Of a stretch of DNA of 64,000 nucleotides, positions 35,930 through 45,750 are shown one piece after another. Below the pieces are notes generated by a model, which saw only the letters and a list, made by a program, of their open reading frames with translations, was not told the origin of the DNA and searched no databases. The translations under genes were made by a program, and so were the position numbers. The stretch lies in the IMG/VR virus record IMGVR_UViG_3300028797_000101, positions 1 through 64,000 of that record; one strand, given 5' to 3'. The stretch comes from a virus (taxonomy: Duplodnaviria; Caudoviricetes). Position 1 is the stretch's first letter. The number at the start of each line of letters is the position of its first letter.

Positions 35930-37093
35930 ATGGGTTACAGTTCATTAGTTTCTTACATAAAGCTAAGTCCAAATAAAAACAGCCCTCGAAACCATAAGAT
36001 TGATTCTGTAGCTATTCACTGTATGGCAGGGAATCTATCTGTAGAGACTTGTGGAGATTTGTTTGCTAATCCAGAAAGAAAAGCGTCGTCAAACTATGGA
36101 ATTGGTTCAGATGGTAGGATTGCTCTTTATGTAGATGAAAATGATAGATCCTGGTGTACATCTTCTGGTGGTGTAGATCATAGGGCAATCACAATAGAAG
36201 TCGCTAACAGCAGTATTGGTGATCCATGGCCTGTTTCTGATGCTGCGTATCAATCTCTTTTGAATCTTCTAACTGACATATGTAGAAGGAATCAGATATC
36301 TTCGCTAAGATGGATGGCCAATAAAGCGTATGCTGTTACAGCAGCTAACGGAGGTCCGGTAGATCAGCAAAACATGTTTGTACATAGATGGTTTGCTGCA
36401 AAAGCATGTCCAGGTGACTATCTTTACAACGCACATGGTGCAATTGCTACAGAAGTAAACAGACGTCTTGCATCAGGAGCTCCTATCACTCCAGTAGTTT
36501 CTACTGCAGCTCCTACCGTAGCTATTGATAGGTCTAAACTGAGACCATATGTCCCTATTCTAGATAGAGACTCACCAACTCCTAATTACTCTCAATTTTA
36601 TGCAAACGGTGTAGTAGGTGCGATTGTAGAAGCTGGATATCAGTTTACATCTGCACACATTCGTGTTGAAAACTTCAGAAATCCTAAGGCCTACGATCAG
36701 GTTCAAGCTCTTATCTCTGTGAGACTTCCCTTCGGCTACTACATGATAGCAAGAGCACAAAATTTATCGGAAGTTAGAGAGGAAATGTATCAGCTATCAT
36801 TTCTGGTAAGAAAATACTCTCCAGGGCTTGGTGTGTGGTTGCAATTAGATCTTCCTAAAAATCAACCAGATATAAATGATAATATCTTAAACGCATATAA
36901 GACATATCTCATAAAATTAGGTCTTGTAGGTAAGATAGGAATATATGCTGATAGCAGTACAATCAAAAGTATCAACTGGAGCAAGCATTATCACGAATGG
37001 CTTCTGTGGTATGTAGATAGAGTTTCTGGAGTTGGTCAATTATCTACTGTATTTGACTCTTCGTTCTTCGCTATGTCAGGGAGGTACACATAA
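35930..37093 (+). CDS. Virion-associated N-acetylmuramoyl-L-alanine amidase (Amidase_2) plus GH25-like barrel
   Basis: IHC...ASSNY.IG.DG...RSW.....D..AITIE...HRWF..KACPG. Confidence 0.8.
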   Translation: MGYSSLVSYIKLSPNKNSPRNHKIDSVAIHCMAGNLSVETCGDLFANPERKASSNYGIGSDGRIALYVDENDRSWCTSSGGVDHRAITIEVANSSIGDPWPVSDAAYQSLLNLLTDICRRNQISSLRWMANKAYAVTAANGGPVDQQNMFVHRWFAAKACPGDYLYNAHGAIATEVNRRLASGAPITPVVSTAAPTVAIDRSKLRPYVPILDRDSPTPNYSQFYANGVVGAIVEAGYQFTSAHIRVENFRNPKAYDQVQALISVRLPFGYYMIARAQNLSEVREEMYQLSFLVRKYSPGLGVWLQLDLPKNQPDINDNILNAYKTYLIKLGLVGKIGIYADSSTIKSINWSKHYHEWLLWYVDRVSGVGQLSTVFDSSFFAMSGRYT

Positions 37094-38763
37094 TGGCGTT
37101 TATAGGCTACACTGATACAGACTCCTTAAAAGCTCATGTGCTTTCTGCAAGACAATGGTGGACTAAGGGAACATACAATGATTGTATATTAGGAAACAAC
37201 GCAAATATTGATAGGCCTTGGATAGGTAGTGTACTTCCGAACTGCACAGGCTACGCTTATGGAAGATTCTCAGAGATCCTGCAGAAGAATGCAAAGCTTC
37301 CTATCAGCGATGCTGGTACTTGGTACGCTAATGTTAAAGGTTATGAAAAGGGAAGTAAGCCGAAGATTGGTGCTGTTGCTGTTTGGACAAAACCGGGAGC
37401 TGCCGGTCATGTTGCTATCGTAGAGAAGATAAATGTAGATGGTTCTATTGTGCTTTCTGAAAGTGGATGGTCTGCGTCTAAGATATGTTGGACTTCTGTT
37501 CAGCAGCCACCTAACTACTACAAAGCTCCTTATCAGCTACAAGGATTTATCTACAATCCTCATGTAAATCTAAATAACAAAGTTTATGATTTCTTGAAAG
37601 AAGCTTCAAAGCATGTTGGCGAAGATGGTACATGGACCTGGAAAACTACAGGAATGATTGCAGGAGCTCCTTGGGCAGCAGGATTTATTCTTGCCGTAGG
37701 CAGAACAGTAGGCGATATAATCGACAAAGTTATATTCAACTCAGCTGGTGCAGGAGAGATGGCCAGAGGTGGAGTAGTAAATGGATTAGGAAGATGGATA
37801 AGAGGACCTCATCATGGGCCGTCTTATGTAGTCACTCCAAATCCAGGAGATCTAATACTGTATAGATGGAAGCCTGCAATGAGTTACACGCAAGCCGATG
37901 AATATGTTTCTGATCACATAGGAATTGTTTATCAAGCAGAGAATCAAGTAGTGTATACTATAGAAGGAAACAACGGAGGTATCTGTAAACTTACATCGCA
38001 TAGTATCTCAGATACAACTATCAACGGCTACTATAGACCGTACTGGGAGAGGATTGGCGGGTCGGCAAATGGATATGCTTCTGATGGACTAGAGATGGCT
38101 GTAAGTATGGCCTACAGAGTATTTACATCCGATGACATGACATTGAGGGAAGTGGGTTACATGACAACCAACGCACAACCTTCTATACAATCAACAGGAA
38201 TTCGTCTTGCGGTGATAAATTACACAGATGCATTAGCATCGCTCATCAATGCATATGGTCAGACTGTTGCAGGTGGAGAGATAGTAATAGACGGTGGAGC
38301 TCAAGCAGTTAACATCAACTTACTTTCCAACAACAATGCTAAGATAATCGGTCAGTTTCTTCTAAGCAAAGGAATGAATATTTCACAGGTAGTCGGATTT
38401 CTCGCTAACATACAAGCAGAGTCAAGCTACAGTCCTGCCGCAGTGAATTCTCGTTCAGGAGCTAGTGGAATTTGTCAGTGGTTAGGAAGTAGAAAAACTG
38501 CAATGATAAAAGCCTGCGGAGCTGAATGGAAAACAAATCTTTCTGGGCAGCTGAATTTTATCTGGACAGAGCTAAACAGTACTGAGAAGAATACATGGAA
38601 TCTCTTGCAATCAAGGATTACATCCATTAGTCAATCAGCTGCTGAGGATGCTGCAGAGCTCATAACACGATACTATGAAAGACCCGGTAACTATGATTCA
38701 TCTGTGCCACCACGCAGAGCAATCGCTGCTAGCATCTGGAAACAGATACTTGTCGTCAATTAG
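37093..38763 (+). CDS. Tail lysin: CHAP + degenerate CHAP + phage tail lysozyme
   Basis: NCTGYA.GR...GHVAIVE; second domain PWAAGF...DHIGIV...TIEGN; C-terminal ANIQAES...GICQW...YERP. Confidence 0.8.
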   Translation: MAFIGYTDTDSLKAHVLSARQWWTKGTYNDCILGNNANIDRPWIGSVLPNCTGYAYGRFSEILQKNAKLPISDAGTWYANVKGYEKGSKPKIGAVAVWTKPGAAGHVAIVEKINVDGSIVLSESGWSASKICWTSVQQPPNYYKAPYQLQGFIYNPHVNLNNKVYDFLKEASKHVGEDGTWTWKTTGMIAGAPWAAGFILAVGRTVGDIIDKVIFNSAGAGEMARGGVVNGLGRWIRGPHHGPSYVVTPNPGDLILYRWKPAMSYTQADEYVSDHIGIVYQAENQVVYTIEGNNGGICKLTSHSISDTTINGYYRPYWERIGGSANGYASDGLEMAVSMAYRVFTSDDMTLREVGYMTTNAQPSIQSTGIRLAVINYTDALASLINAYGQTVAGGEIVIDGGAQAVNINLLSNNNAKIIGQFLLSKGMNISQVVGFLANIQAESSYSPAAVNSRSGASGICQWLGSRKTAMIKACGAEWKTNLSGQLNFIWTELNSTEKNTWNLLQSRITSISQSAAEDAAELITRYYERPGNYDSSVPPRRAIAASIWKQILVVN

Positions 38764-38771
38764 AGGTAGAT

Positions 38772-39065
38772 ATGATAGTATTAGGATATGTGAAAGATTA
38801 TCAATACACAAGTGATGGTACTCTAACATTACAAGTAAGAATTCCGGCTATACATGGACCTTACAAGCTGTCAGAGTACAAAGGTAAAACAGTTCACAAC
38901 TATGTAAGAGACAACGATCTTCCGTTTTATCCATCATTATTGCTACCACATCTTCCGGTAGAGGGCGAAGTAGTAGCTCTTTCATCTATGAATGAAGACA
39001 CCACTCACTTCATTGTGATAGGTTTAACAGGCGGTTCTTATGCCAACGGTCTTGTAAATTTATAG
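38772..39065 (+). CDS. Baseplate spike OB-fold-like protein
   Basis: QVRIPAIHG...LP...P..GE.V......F.VIG. Confidence 0.55.
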   Translation: MIVLGYVKDYQYTSDGTLTLQVRIPAIHGPYKLSEYKGKTVHNYVRDNDLPFYPSLLLPHLPVEGEVVALSSMNEDTTHFIVIGLTGGSYANGLVNL

Positions 39066-39075
39066 GAGGTATGAC

Positions 39076-39489
39076 ATGGCTAAAACAACATCATGGGCTT
39101 TTCCTAACATGATTGATCCTTCTAGAAACAAAGTTCAAATAGTAGAGGATGATGCTTCTGTAGTTAACAGAGTTCGTCTTCTCATGCTATCTGACCCTAC
39201 TGAGCTATACAATGAGCCTCAATTTGGACTAGGATTGAAGAGATACCTTTGGCAATATAATAACGCAAATACTCGTGCAATTATACAGAGCAAGATAGTT
39301 GAACAGTTAACATTATTTGAGCCGAGTGTAGAATCTGAGTCCACTTCATTCGCTGATGGATTGTTATTCACAGGCGAAGAAAACATTCCATCTTCTCAAG
39401 AATTCAATCAGCTTAAGATGACGGTAGGCCTTCATACAATATATGGAGACGATTTAACTGTGAATCTGAACACAGACACTCAAGAATGA
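39076..39489 (+). CDS. Baseplate wedge gp25-like protein
   Basis: L..S.P.E....P.FG.GL..YL......I...L..FEP. Confidence 0.8.
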   Translation: MAKTTSWAFPNMIDPSRNKVQIVEDDASVVNRVRLLMLSDPTELYNEPQFGLGLKRYLWQYNNANTRAIIQSKIVEQLTLFEPSVESESTSFADGLLFTGEENIPSSQEFNQLKMTVGLHTIYGDDLTVNLNTDTQE

Positions 39490-39505
39490 TCGGAGGTAGT
39501 TATTC

Positions 39506-41557
39506 ATGGATTATGAAAAAGGTGTAGTTAACTACACTTCAAGAGATTATGAATCCATAATGAAGGATTTCTGGGAGTTAGTTCCTACACTAACCGAGTT
39601 ATGGAAGCCAGAAGCTGACGCAGATCCTGGAGTAGTTTTAGGCAAGTTTCTAGCATCTGCTGCGGATATGCTAGGCGTGAATGTTGACATACTTGTAGGT
39701 GAACTACTTGCGCCGTCTGTGTCCCAGAGAAAGAATGCAGAGAAGCTATTCGGATTGATTGGCTATGAACTCGGTTGGTATCGAGCAGCAAGGACAGAGG
39801 TTACGTTCACCAACAACACAAGTGTCAACATGACGCTTGATTTCGGTTTCAATGGAACCAATTTCGCTACACTTAATGCTTACACAGATATCACCAATCA
39901 ATCTAGAGTGTTGACTTACAACATTTTACCGCTTACAAATTCGTATGGTGCAACAGAGTCAAGAAGCAGACGTGTAACTACAACAGAAAATCTGAATGTG
40001 TTTGCCACATCCGATGAAGTTACCTTGCTTCCAGGAGCTAGCGTGACAAGAGTTGCAATTGAAGGCGAACTCAGAAGTTACAGTGTTTCTGTAGATCAGG
40101 TGAAGAAGAATAACTACATAATAAACGTACCTTCACAGCATATTGATACTACAGCCATCTGGATAAAAGCAAAAGCTTCTCAAGGAGCGGAAGATTTCTT
40201 AGCTACGCAGTGGATTCAATGTAATAGCCCTGCAGAGTTTGTAACTCCAGAACCCAGATTCGCGGTAACATATGATTACTACTCCAATGCACAGATACAA
40301 GTAAGCAACTATCTCAATCAACTTGAGAACTACGAAAACAATTACTTGACTGTTTATTGGATAGACTGTTCCGGCATCATAGGATGTGTAGGAACTAATG
40401 TGCTCCGCAATTACCTTCAGGCGAAAGTAACTAGCGGTGTAGTTGTTAGCGATGAAAGCGGAGACCTTAGCGTGTCTAACTTGTCTAACACAGTGGAGTT
40501 ACCACACACCAATACCGTTACAGGCAAGAGCCCTGAGACGGCAAAAGAAGCTTACATCAACAGCAGAAATTATATCAACACTTTCGACAGTTTAGTTACA
40601 CTTCCGGACTTCAATAGGTTCTTAAATAGAGAGCCTGGAGTAGATTGTGGATTGGTCATCGACTGCCAGAAAGCTCTTGACATTAACTTGGCGATTTATG
40701 ATGATGAAAATCTCTCAGACGCACAGAAGTCTAAGATGTACATAAGCAACTACGACTTCCCTGCAGGCAATGAATCACTTGATTGGTCTGCACTTATCAA
40801 CAGCAACTTGAGCTCCAGAACACTTCTTCATCTTGTAAGTGCTGGAGAAACATTAGAGGAAATCTCTTTAAGATACAATGTTACAGAAGCAACCATTCTT
40901 AACTACAACAATCTGACATCTGCGGATGACATTGAAGTAGGAATGAGGTTGAAGATTCCTGGAGGCTTCTCTGTAGCAAAAGCAAAAGGTCTTGTAACTA
41001 ACTTCAAGACATACACAGCGATGTGCTTTGCAATACACAATGACTTCAAAAACAGTGTATGGGGATCTGGTAAAGTATCAACAGCACAGATACAGAACAA
41101 GACTATCTTCACACGGTACAAGCCGCCCATGCAGTTCATCGACAATGTAATCAGAGATTATAGACCCCTTCAGGCCATGACAGTTGAACTTGAATTTGGA
41201 TATCTTCGCGTATTTCCATTTTACGTTGTAGGTCAAATATATCCGAAGAAGCCGGTTAGCAAAGATGTTGCAAACAACATAATCGCAAGAGTAAAAGAAT
41301 CACTTGCGATGTATTTTGCTCCTGCAAATCGTCAGATAGGTCAGAAACCTACTGTAATGGAAGTTGTAAACGTTGTACGAAACGCTGACAGTCGAATTGA
41401 TTACTTCGACGCAGGCAGTTTGAAGAACGAAGTTATTGTCTGGTTTGATTGTGATGTAAGCTATTACAATCCTATCAGCTTCGCTAGATTTTCTGATCCA
41501 GGAGTAACATCCACTAACATAAGGATCGCTCCTGAGTATATTGTTAAGAATCAGTAA
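39506..41557 (+). CDS. Baseplate wedge protein (gp6/gpJ-like) with inserted LysM
   Basis: NYTSRDYESI...DPG...GY...VTL.DF; LysM HLVSAGETL..IS.RYNVT...I..YN.L.....I.VG..LKIP. Confidence 0.8.
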   Translation: MDYEKGVVNYTSRDYESIMKDFWELVPTLTELWKPEADADPGVVLGKFLASAADMLGVNVDILVGELLAPSVSQRKNAEKLFGLIGYELGWYRAARTEVTFTNNTSVNMTLDFGFNGTNFATLNAYTDITNQSRVLTYNILPLTNSYGATESRSRRVTTTENLNVFATSDEVTLLPGASVTRVAIEGELRSYSVSVDQVKKNNYIINVPSQHIDTTAIWIKAKASQGAEDFLATQWIQCNSPAEFVTPEPRFAVTYDYYSNAQIQVSNYLNQLENYENNYLTVYWIDCSGIIGCVGTNVLRNYLQAKVTSGVVVSDESGDLSVSNLSNTVELPHTNTVTGKSPETAKEAYINSRNYINTFDSLVTLPDFNRFLNREPGVDCGLVIDCQKALDINLAIYDDENLSDAQKSKMYISNYDFPAGNESLDWSALINSNLSSRTLLHLVSAGETLEEISLRYNVTEATILNYNNLTSADDIEVGMRLKIPGGFSVAKAKGLVTNFKTYTAMCFAIHNDFKNSVWGSGKVSTAQIQNKTIFTRYKPPMQFIDNVIRDYRPLQAMTVELEFGYLRVFPFYVVGQIYPKKPVSKDVANNIIARVKESLAMYFAPANRQIGQKPTVMEVVNVVRNADSRIDYFDAGSLKNEVIVWFDCDVSYYNPISFARFSDPGVTSTNIRIAPEYIVKNQ

Positions 41558-41567
41558 GGAGGCTTGA

Positions 41568-42671
41568 ATGAGAATTTCTGATATTTCACTTCCTGAAATT
41601 TACAAAGAGTCAATGGACTTCCGGTTCTTTTGTAGATGGATTGAACTTGCTCTATCAAAGATACAAGCTGATACCGAAAACGTTCCTGACATATATGATC
41701 CTCTGAGATGTCCTGCAGACATCTTGTGGATGCTGTGTGACACAATTGGATACAGATATGATGATAGACTACCAACGGCTTTCAATCGTCTTGTAGCCCT
41801 CTACTTCATGTCAATGATTCGGAACAAAGGAAGTAGAGACGGCGTTACACTTGCTGCCGAAGTCAATCTTGCACAATTCAATCTGCTGGACTATGGGAAA
41901 GAGAAAGATATCTTGTACAACCGTCTAGAAGATACATCCATTCCTGTAAATGCAGTTCATGTAACTCCTCATGTAGCAGAAGGATACATTGATGTAGTTT
42001 ACTTGAGTGAAGAACTCCCTGTAGATGCTTGTATAGAATATGTTAGACCGCTTGGAATGTATCTTTTCCAATACGCAGGTGTACAGGTGAACGCGAAGAA
42101 TAAGATCCTTGTAGATGCACGCCTCACTAACTATGCAGATAATAACATATCAATAGGAGCTACACACGTAGGTCATTATCGTAGAGATGATTACGCTAGA
42201 TTACAGAGACTTCCTGTAGAAGACGATCCTCGCCATCCTGTGTATTACCGAAACAGTGATGCAGAAGGTCTTCCAGACCCTGATGTAAATCCTGGATACC
42301 GAGCGCTCTTTTCTATGCAGATATCTAACAATGAACACATTGTAAGATCTCTTTTACCTGATAAGATATTTGGATTAGGCTACACGCCTACAGATGTTGA
42401 GACATATGATGGACCTTCTATCTTGCCGCCTACGGCAGATTTCCCGAAGACTTGGAATCTTCGCTATGATAAATCTGTTGAAGAAGCTGTATCTAGTGAT
42501 GTATACACACTTGATGATGACAGATCTACTGCATATACACACGGCCGTCCGGTTGTCAATCCTGTAATGAGTGCTGTAGGCGATGCAATATCTATGAATG
42601 ATCAAAACAGCCAGTACACAAAGGTAGATGATCAAGGTAACATTCACGTAGTGGATGCAGAAGATCTGTAA
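41568..42671 (+). CDS. Baseplate/tail protein (P2 gpI-like N-terminus)
   Basis: YDP..CP...L..L...IGY...R......IR.KGS..G. Confidence 0.65.
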   Translation: MRISDISLPEIYKESMDFRFFCRWIELALSKIQADTENVPDIYDPLRCPADILWMLCDTIGYRYDDRLPTAFNRLVALYFMSMIRNKGSRDGVTLAAEVNLAQFNLLDYGKEKDILYNRLEDTSIPVNAVHVTPHVAEGYIDVVYLSEELPVDACIEYVRPLGMYLFQYAGVQVNAKNKILVDARLTNYADNNISIGATHVGHYRRDDYARLQRLPVEDDPRHPVYYRNSDAEGLPDPDVNPGYRALFSMQISNNEHIVRSLLPDKIFGLGYTPTDVETYDGPSILPPTADFPKTWNLRYDKSVEEAVSSDVYTLDDDRSTAYTHGRPVVNPVMSAVGDAISMNDQNSQYTKVDDQGNIHVVDAEDL

Positions 42672-42702
42672 GCTGAACCTTGTATACTGATGGAGGCACA
42701 AT

Positions 42703-43002
42703 ATGGATAGTTATACAATCAATGAACCAATTGTATATGAAGAACGCGAGACACATGTAGAGAAGAAATACATCCCAGTCAAGCAGGGTCCGGCAACACC
42801 TGCTGATGCAGAAGCCCTTGCGAAAGACGAACTAGGACTCACAAATCCTAATCTACATCGCAGAATAGATCCACAACCTCCCACTAATCCCGAAGAGTAC
42901 ACTAGCAGAGAATACATGCTCAGTATATCAAATCTTCAGTCTTACAGAACTACCAAAATAAATACGCATGACGAAGAATCTGTTACGTCAGAGATTCCAT
43001 AG
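42703..43002 (+). CDS. Hypothetical protein
   Basis: SD GGAGG; ACCTT motif immediately upstream. Confidence 0.6.
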   Translation: MDSYTINEPIVYEERETHVEKKYIPVKQGPATPADAEALAKDELGLTNPNLHRRIDPQPPTNPEEYTSREYMLSISNLQSYRTTKINTHDEESVTSEIP

Positions 43003-43073
43003 AACGATTTTATAATTACTCGTATAAAATCATATAATTGTTTATAAAATCTAGTTGATAGGAGATAACACCA

Positions 43074-43955
43074 TTGAAGGATATAGTATCCGCATCGAAA
43101 TCAATAGGATTACAACAAAATGTACTTATAAGGATAATAGATCCGGTAACAGGCGATGTAGTTCAAGAGCATCAGGGTCATAACTGTGCGACCAATTCTG
43201 CACTTGTCGGTATTGGACATTATCTTACAGGTGATGGAGTCTTTAATCAGGGCTATGATATGTTGAGTAGATACATTCCTCAGTACATATCTTTAGGTAC
43301 AATGGGTCTTTACACTCAGGAAGAAGATGCTGAAGGACTTCCGTCAGGTATTGGAGTAAACACAACTCTTTCAGAAGTTGATAATTTCAAAAGATATGTA
43401 GCCGAAAGACCTGGATACGGAGCTGACGGGTATGATCCTAATCAGAACAACAATCGTCCGTATTTAGGAATTGGCCCGGTGTTTTCAGATAGACCAGATA
43501 GCACAAAGACCGTAAATTGTGAATTGATCGATGTATCGTTTCCCAGGGCTAAGGTATCTTTCAGAGATATTGTACCGGAGACACAATCGGAAGTTCCCAA
43601 GACGATTGATGTCGTGTTTAGTGCAATGATATCAACAGGAGCTTTAAGAACATTTCGTGAAACTGGGAAAGATTACATATTTATAACTGAAGCAGGTCTT
43701 TGGTCTAAACCTGTTTGGGAGTCAAGTGGAGAGAATGGTTTAATTGCAGCTTATAGAATACTTCCTACAGATGAGGATAACTGGGACATGGAAGATCCTG
43801 AAAACAGAGATCTTCTCAAGAGAAGCATACTAAAAGTAGGGCTGAATCAAGTAGTTCAAGTTATTTGGAAGTTTCAGCTAGGCAGCAAAGATGAACTCGG
43901 TGGATATGATCCAATTCCTATACATTATGAAAATGCAGACATAGTTAGGTACTAG
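43074..43955 (+). CDS. Baseplate/fibre-attachment protein
   Basis: HN..T...YI.LGT...ITEAGL...AY....K......W.. pattern; TTG start after AGGAG. Confidence 0.55.
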   Translation: MKDIVSASKSIGLQQNVLIRIIDPVTGDVVQEHQGHNCATNSALVGIGHYLTGDGVFNQGYDMLSRYIPQYISLGTMGLYTQEEDAEGLPSGIGVNTTLSEVDNFKRYVAERPGYGADGYDPNQNNNRPYLGIGPVFSDRPDSTKTVNCELIDVSFPRAKVSFRDIVPETQSEVPKTIDVVFSAMISTGALRTFRETGKDYIFITEAGLWSKPVWESSGENGLIAAYRILPTDEDNWDMEDPENRDLLKRSILKVGLNQVVQVIWKFQLGSKDELGGYDPIPIHYENADIVRY

Positions 43956-43966
43956 GAGGAACACAT

Positions 43967-44308
43967 ATGAATTCAACATTGTTATTTACACCTGCAGCGC
44001 TCATGGATCTGTTAACACAGATTGAAGAGCTCAAGGACAAAGAGATCGAGATAAATGAAAGTTCAGATGGATCTATTTCCTTGAAAATAGGTGAGTCTAC
44101 TTACAACATAGATTCATCTGATGCAACTGAACTTGCAGCTGATGAAGATACGGTAGATGCTGTAGATGAAATAAATATGGAAGCATATGAAGAGGTGCAG
44201 GACAAATCAGATGCAGATGAACCTGTTACGTCTGGAATTCTTAAAGAGATGGTTAAATCACTCATGCTTGGCGGCATGATTCGGCTTTCTAAAAAATTAT
44301 TAGATTAA
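43967..44308 (+). CDS. Acidic head-module protein
   Basis: Directly upstream of the protease; contains PVTSG site. Confidence 0.55.
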   Translation: MNSTLLFTPAALMDLLTQIEELKDKEIEINESSDGSISLKIGESTYNIDSSDATELAADEDTVDAVDEINMEAYEEVQDKSDADEPVTSGILKEMVKSLMLGGMIRLSKKLLD

Positions 44309-44320
44309 GGAGTGATAGAG

Positions 44321-45724
44321 ATGAAAGATTCAAAGATCAAAGCAGATGTAGCTCTCAATGCGAAGCCTCTTGCTATCTTAGGCGAGTACGCAGGTGAATG
44401 TGCAGATGCAAATATCACTAACAAGAATGGTCTTGATATCACAAGGCCTGTGTGGGAAGGTGTATTTGCATCGGAGGAGTACAACGAAGGCATCAAAAAT
44501 GGTCATTACATCGGGTTCCTCGGACATCCTGAAGATCCAAACTGCATGGATTTCGAGCATGGATGTATTGTGATGACAGAAGGTCACATTGATCCAGATG
44601 GAAAGGTTCAAGGCAAATTCAACCTTGTTAACACGCCTGTAGGTCAGATTGTAAAAACTTTTATAGACGCAGGAGTTAAATTCGGCATATCTGTTAGAGG
44701 TGCTGGTGACATTGTAGACAATTCCGTAGATCCTGATACGTTTGTATTCAGAGGATTTGACCTTGTAGCGTTTCCTGCATATCCTAACTCCATTCCTACT
44801 TTCACAGAGATAGCCGCGTCTACAGACGCTGTTCAGCAAAAGAAATATCAAGCGGTTTGTGCTGCGGTAACAAAAAACTTAGATACACTTAACAAGACTG
44901 AGGTAGATGTTATCCAGGCTAATTTCGCAAAGCAGTCCAAGGAATATGCTGCACTTGAAACCAGAAAGAAAGTTTTAGCGGGTGAGCAAGTAGAAGTAAC
45001 ATCAGAGGCTGCAGAAGCTGTAGTTGCTTCTCAAAAGCTCGACGCTGTAACAGCTCTTTATCTAGAAGCACAGAAAAAGAATAAAGTTTTGCAGTCTGAA
45101 AACATCCATCTTCGTCAGCTACTGAAGACAATAAAATCTGCAGATAGCAGAAAGATCGACAGCTTGAATCGCATAACAGCTGCTCAAATGAGAGACATGG
45201 ATCAAGCTCTTGCAGATGCAGCTAGTAGAACAAAGAAAGCTGTACTGAGCAATCATTCTTTATCCAAAGATCTAGCAGACGTGACAAAGCGTCTTAAGTC
45301 TGCTGAAGATACTAACCTTAAATATAGTCAGAAGATCGAAGCCAACACTCAAATTATTCTGGAAAAGGATTCTATCATTTCTAAGCTTCAATCAAACTTA
45401 TCTGAAACTGTCAGAAAGGCCAATGATGCAGAAGCTAAGACATCAAACTGTGATGCACAGATAGCGAGCCTTCAACGAAAGATCGAGGCTGCACAAGCTC
45501 TCGTAGATGAGTATCAGAACGCATATGCACAGATTTATGCAAATGCAATTGGTGTAGGTCTAGAACACGTTTCTGTAACAGCAACAACGACTGTTTCAGA
45601 ACTCCAACAGATCATAAAGGGATCCTCCAAGTACACTTCTGGAGCGCAAGAAGCTGTTTTAGCTTCGGCACAAATCTCCGAAATAGGTACAGACATGGAT
45701 GACTCTTCCCTCATCACGTTGTAA
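44321..45724 (+). CDS. Prohead protease (T4 gp21-like) fused to coiled-coil scaffold
   Basis: N.NG, GFLGHP (His), GISVRGAG (Ser), FDLVAFPA (Asp); C-terminal ~300-aa coiled coil. Confidence 0.9.
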   Translation: MKDSKIKADVALNAKPLAILGEYAGECADANITNKNGLDITRPVWEGVFASEEYNEGIKNGHYIGFLGHPEDPNCMDFEHGCIVMTEGHIDPDGKVQGKFNLVNTPVGQIVKTFIDAGVKFGISVRGAGDIVDNSVDPDTFVFRGFDLVAFPAYPNSIPTFTEIAASTDAVQQKKYQAVCAAVTKNLDTLNKTEVDVIQANFAKQSKEYAALETRKKVLAGEQVEVTSEAAEAVVASQKLDAVTALYLEAQKKNKVLQSENIHLRQLLKTIKSADSRKIDSLNRITAAQMRDMDQALADAASRTKKAVLSNHSLSKDLADVTKRLKSAEDTNLKYSQKIEANTQIILEKDSIISKLQSNLSETVRKANDAEAKTSNCDAQIASLQRKIEAAQALVDEYQNAYAQIYANAIGVGLEHVSVTATTTVSELQQIIKGSSKYTSGAQEAVLASAQISEIGTDMDDSSLITL

Positions 45725-45750
45725 ATAATATATAAAGGAGAAAACGTATT

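Noticed and set aside
12231-45735. TGTAAATAA(A)TATA at 12231, 16711 and 45720 as a T4-like late promoter
   Set aside because: Only three copies of a very AT-rich word; cannot be distinguished from background without statistics
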